Assembly (NCBI GenBank): GCA_029269845.2
Contig: CP149973.1
Span: forward strand, 1,080,001 to 1,112,000
DNA from: Opitutia bacterium KCR 482
GTDB taxonomy: Bacteria; Verrucomicrobiota; Verrucomicrobiia; Opitutales; Intestinicryptomonadaceae
Length of the DNA: 32,000 bases
Direction of reading: 5' to 3'
Below are positions 30,721-32,000 of the stretch, piece after piece (the stretch's first letter is position 1; every line of letters starts with the position of its first letter). The notes beneath the pieces were generated by a model, which was not told where the DNA came from, made no database searches, and saw nothing but the letters and a program-made list of their open reading frames with translations. A program made the position numbers and the translations under genes.

Positions 30721-32000
30721 ATTTTCCTAAGCGATGGAACGACGTTTGTTAAAAATTTTTCAATCTCCGCGAGTTTGGCATTCGCGCCGCGTTTCGTCAA
30801 GCGGGGAAAACGGTCATTGAGTCTGAAATATTCGGGGTTGCTTCCGCCGCGCCTGCGCAGTTTGAGGGCGTCGCCCTGCGTCTCCACGCCGACGAAGCCG
30901 CAAGACTCGGCGCAGACGCGCACGCGCCCGACTTTCAAAAGGTATTCGGCGGGCTCCGGAATTTTCCCGAACCTGTCCGCCATTTCGAAGCGTATTGCCT
31001 CAATCTCGTCGAGAGAGGCCGCCATCGAGATTTTGCGGTAGAAGTCTACGCGCAGCTGGGTTTGCGGAATGTAGGCGGGCGGAATGTACGCCTTGACGTT
31101 TTCGCCGCCGCCGCGCTCCATTTCGCGGATTCTGATTTCCTGAAAGTAGTTTTCGGTGTTCGAGACGTCTGCCTCGTTCCTGTCGGCCTCGCCCATTTTC
31201 ACGAAGTCCAAATCGACCGCCGCCCGCTCTATTCCGCAAGCCTTCTCGCCTTTCAAAAGGGCGACGCTGCGCTTCAAGAGGGCGCAGTAGAGGTCGAAGC
31301 CCACGCCCGCGATGTGCCCGCTCTGCTTTGCGCCGAGCAGGTTGCCGCAGCCGCGCAGCTGCAAGTCGCGCGTGGCGATTCTGAAACCCGCGCCGGGCTT
31401 GTTGTACTGGCGGATTGCCCCGAGGCGTTTGCGCGCGCTTTCCACAAGCCCGGCGTAGCGGTGGAGCAAGAGCCACGCGTACGCGCGGCGGGTGAACCTG
31501 CCTACGCGCCCGCGCAACTGGTAGAGCTGCGCAAGCCCGAACTTGTCCGCGCCCTCTATGATTATCGTGTTGCAGTTGGGAATGTCCAAGCCCGATTCGA
31601 TGATTGTAGTGCACACAAGAATGTCGTACTTTCCGTCAACGAACTGCGACATCAGGCGTTCGAGCCTGTTTTCGCCCATTTGCCCGTGGCCTACGGCAAT
31701 CCGCGCGTCGGGGAACATTTTGCGGAGGTTTTCGGCGGTCGCCTCTATCGTCGAAACGCGGTTGTGGAGATAGAAGACCTGCCCGTTGCGGGCAAGCTCG
31801 CGCCCGACGGCCTCGCGCACGGCGTCGTCGGAATACTCGCGGACGACGGTTTCGACGGGAAAGCGGTTTTTAGGCGGCGTTTCCATGAGGCTTATCGTCC
31901 GCGCGCCCATCATCGCAAAATAGAGGGTTCGGGGAATCGGGGTCGCGCTCATCGAAAGAACGTCGACGCCCTCGCGCATTTTCTTTATGCGCTCCTTGTG
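30717..32000 (-). CDS. mfd: Transcription-repair coupling factor Mfd, C-terminal part (continues upstream beyond the window)
   Basis: The frame stays open to the window edge (HKERIKKMREGVDVLSMSATPIPRTL). The helicase motifs are MSATPIPRTL, VCTTIIESGLDIPNCNTII and QLYQLRGRVGR, followed by the TRG and C-terminal domains. Confidence 0.95.
   Translation of the reverse strand, partial: HKERIKKMREGVDVLSMSATPIPRTLYFAMMGARTISLMETPPKNRFPVETVVREYSDDAVREAVGRELARNGQVFYLHNRVSTIEATAENLRKMFPDARIAVGHGQMGENRLERLMSQFVDGKYDILVCTTIIESGLDIPNCNTIIIEGADKFGLAQLYQLRGRVGRFTRRAYAWLLLHRYAGLVESARKRLGAIRQYNKPGAGFRIATRDLQLRGCGNLLGAKQSGHIAGVGFDLYCALLKRSVALLKGEKACGIERAAVDLDFVKMGEADRNEADVSNTENYFQEIRIREMERGGGENVKAYIPPAYIPQTQLRVDFYRKISMAASLDEIEAIRFEMADRFGKIPEPAEYLLKVGRVRVCAESCGFVGVETQGDALKLRRRGGSNPEYFRLNDRFPRLTKRGANAKLAEIEKFLTNVVPSLRKI

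Overview
This is a high-GC bacterial chromosomal window. Hand-counted 60-nt lines in ordinary genes give about 52-63% GC. The gene content suggests an anaerobic, glycan-degrading member of the PVC group (Lentisphaerae, Verrucomicrobia or Kiritimatiellae-like). That placement is an inference from PEP-CTERM anchors, a prepilin-type pseudopilin, TAT-signal Gfo/Idh/MocA enzymes and rubrerythrin.

I support about 24 coding regions:
- two tandem TAT-signal Gfo/Idh/MocA oxidoreductases
- mgtE
- a tyrosine recombinase
- a 973-aa secreted pentapeptide-repeat protein with a PEP-CTERM anchor
- a prepilin-type protein and a second PEP-CTERM protein
- a glycan-utilisation stretch: rhaB, a GH42-like protein, a CE1-type esterase, two clan GH-A hydrolases and a sialate O-acetylesterase, interrupted by an NhaP2-type K+/H+ antiporter
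- TauE/SafE, a gamma-carbonic-anhydrase-like protein, trmB, zupT and rubrerythrin
- a minus-strand operon: mfd (partial), a SurA-like PPIase, an MBL hydrolase, elbB and a large multi-module LptC/LptA(OstA)-like protein

Many long Arg/Ala-rich ORFs in the track are antisense artefacts of the high GC content and are rejected.

The most interesting locus is 3746-8012. A tyrosine recombinase lies back-to-back with a strongly AT-rich (33-38% GC) surface-protein gene. The two genes are separated by a 147-bp segment bracketed by a 25-nt inverted repeat (24/25 identical). This is the layout of a recombinase-controlled invertible promoter, that is, a phase-variation switch.

Other points worth a second look:
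- near-identical 207-bp tandem repeats inside the pentapeptide gene
- a T7 run after the recombinase catalytic Tyr, where a change of one base in either direction creates a stop codon
- a candidate about 100-nt sRNA with a near-consensus promoter and a strong terminator
- a frameshifted gene remnant
- a three-half-site motif in the zupT/rubrerythrin divergent region
- the elbB-coupled multi-OstA protein

No rRNA, tRNA or CRISPR array was seen.
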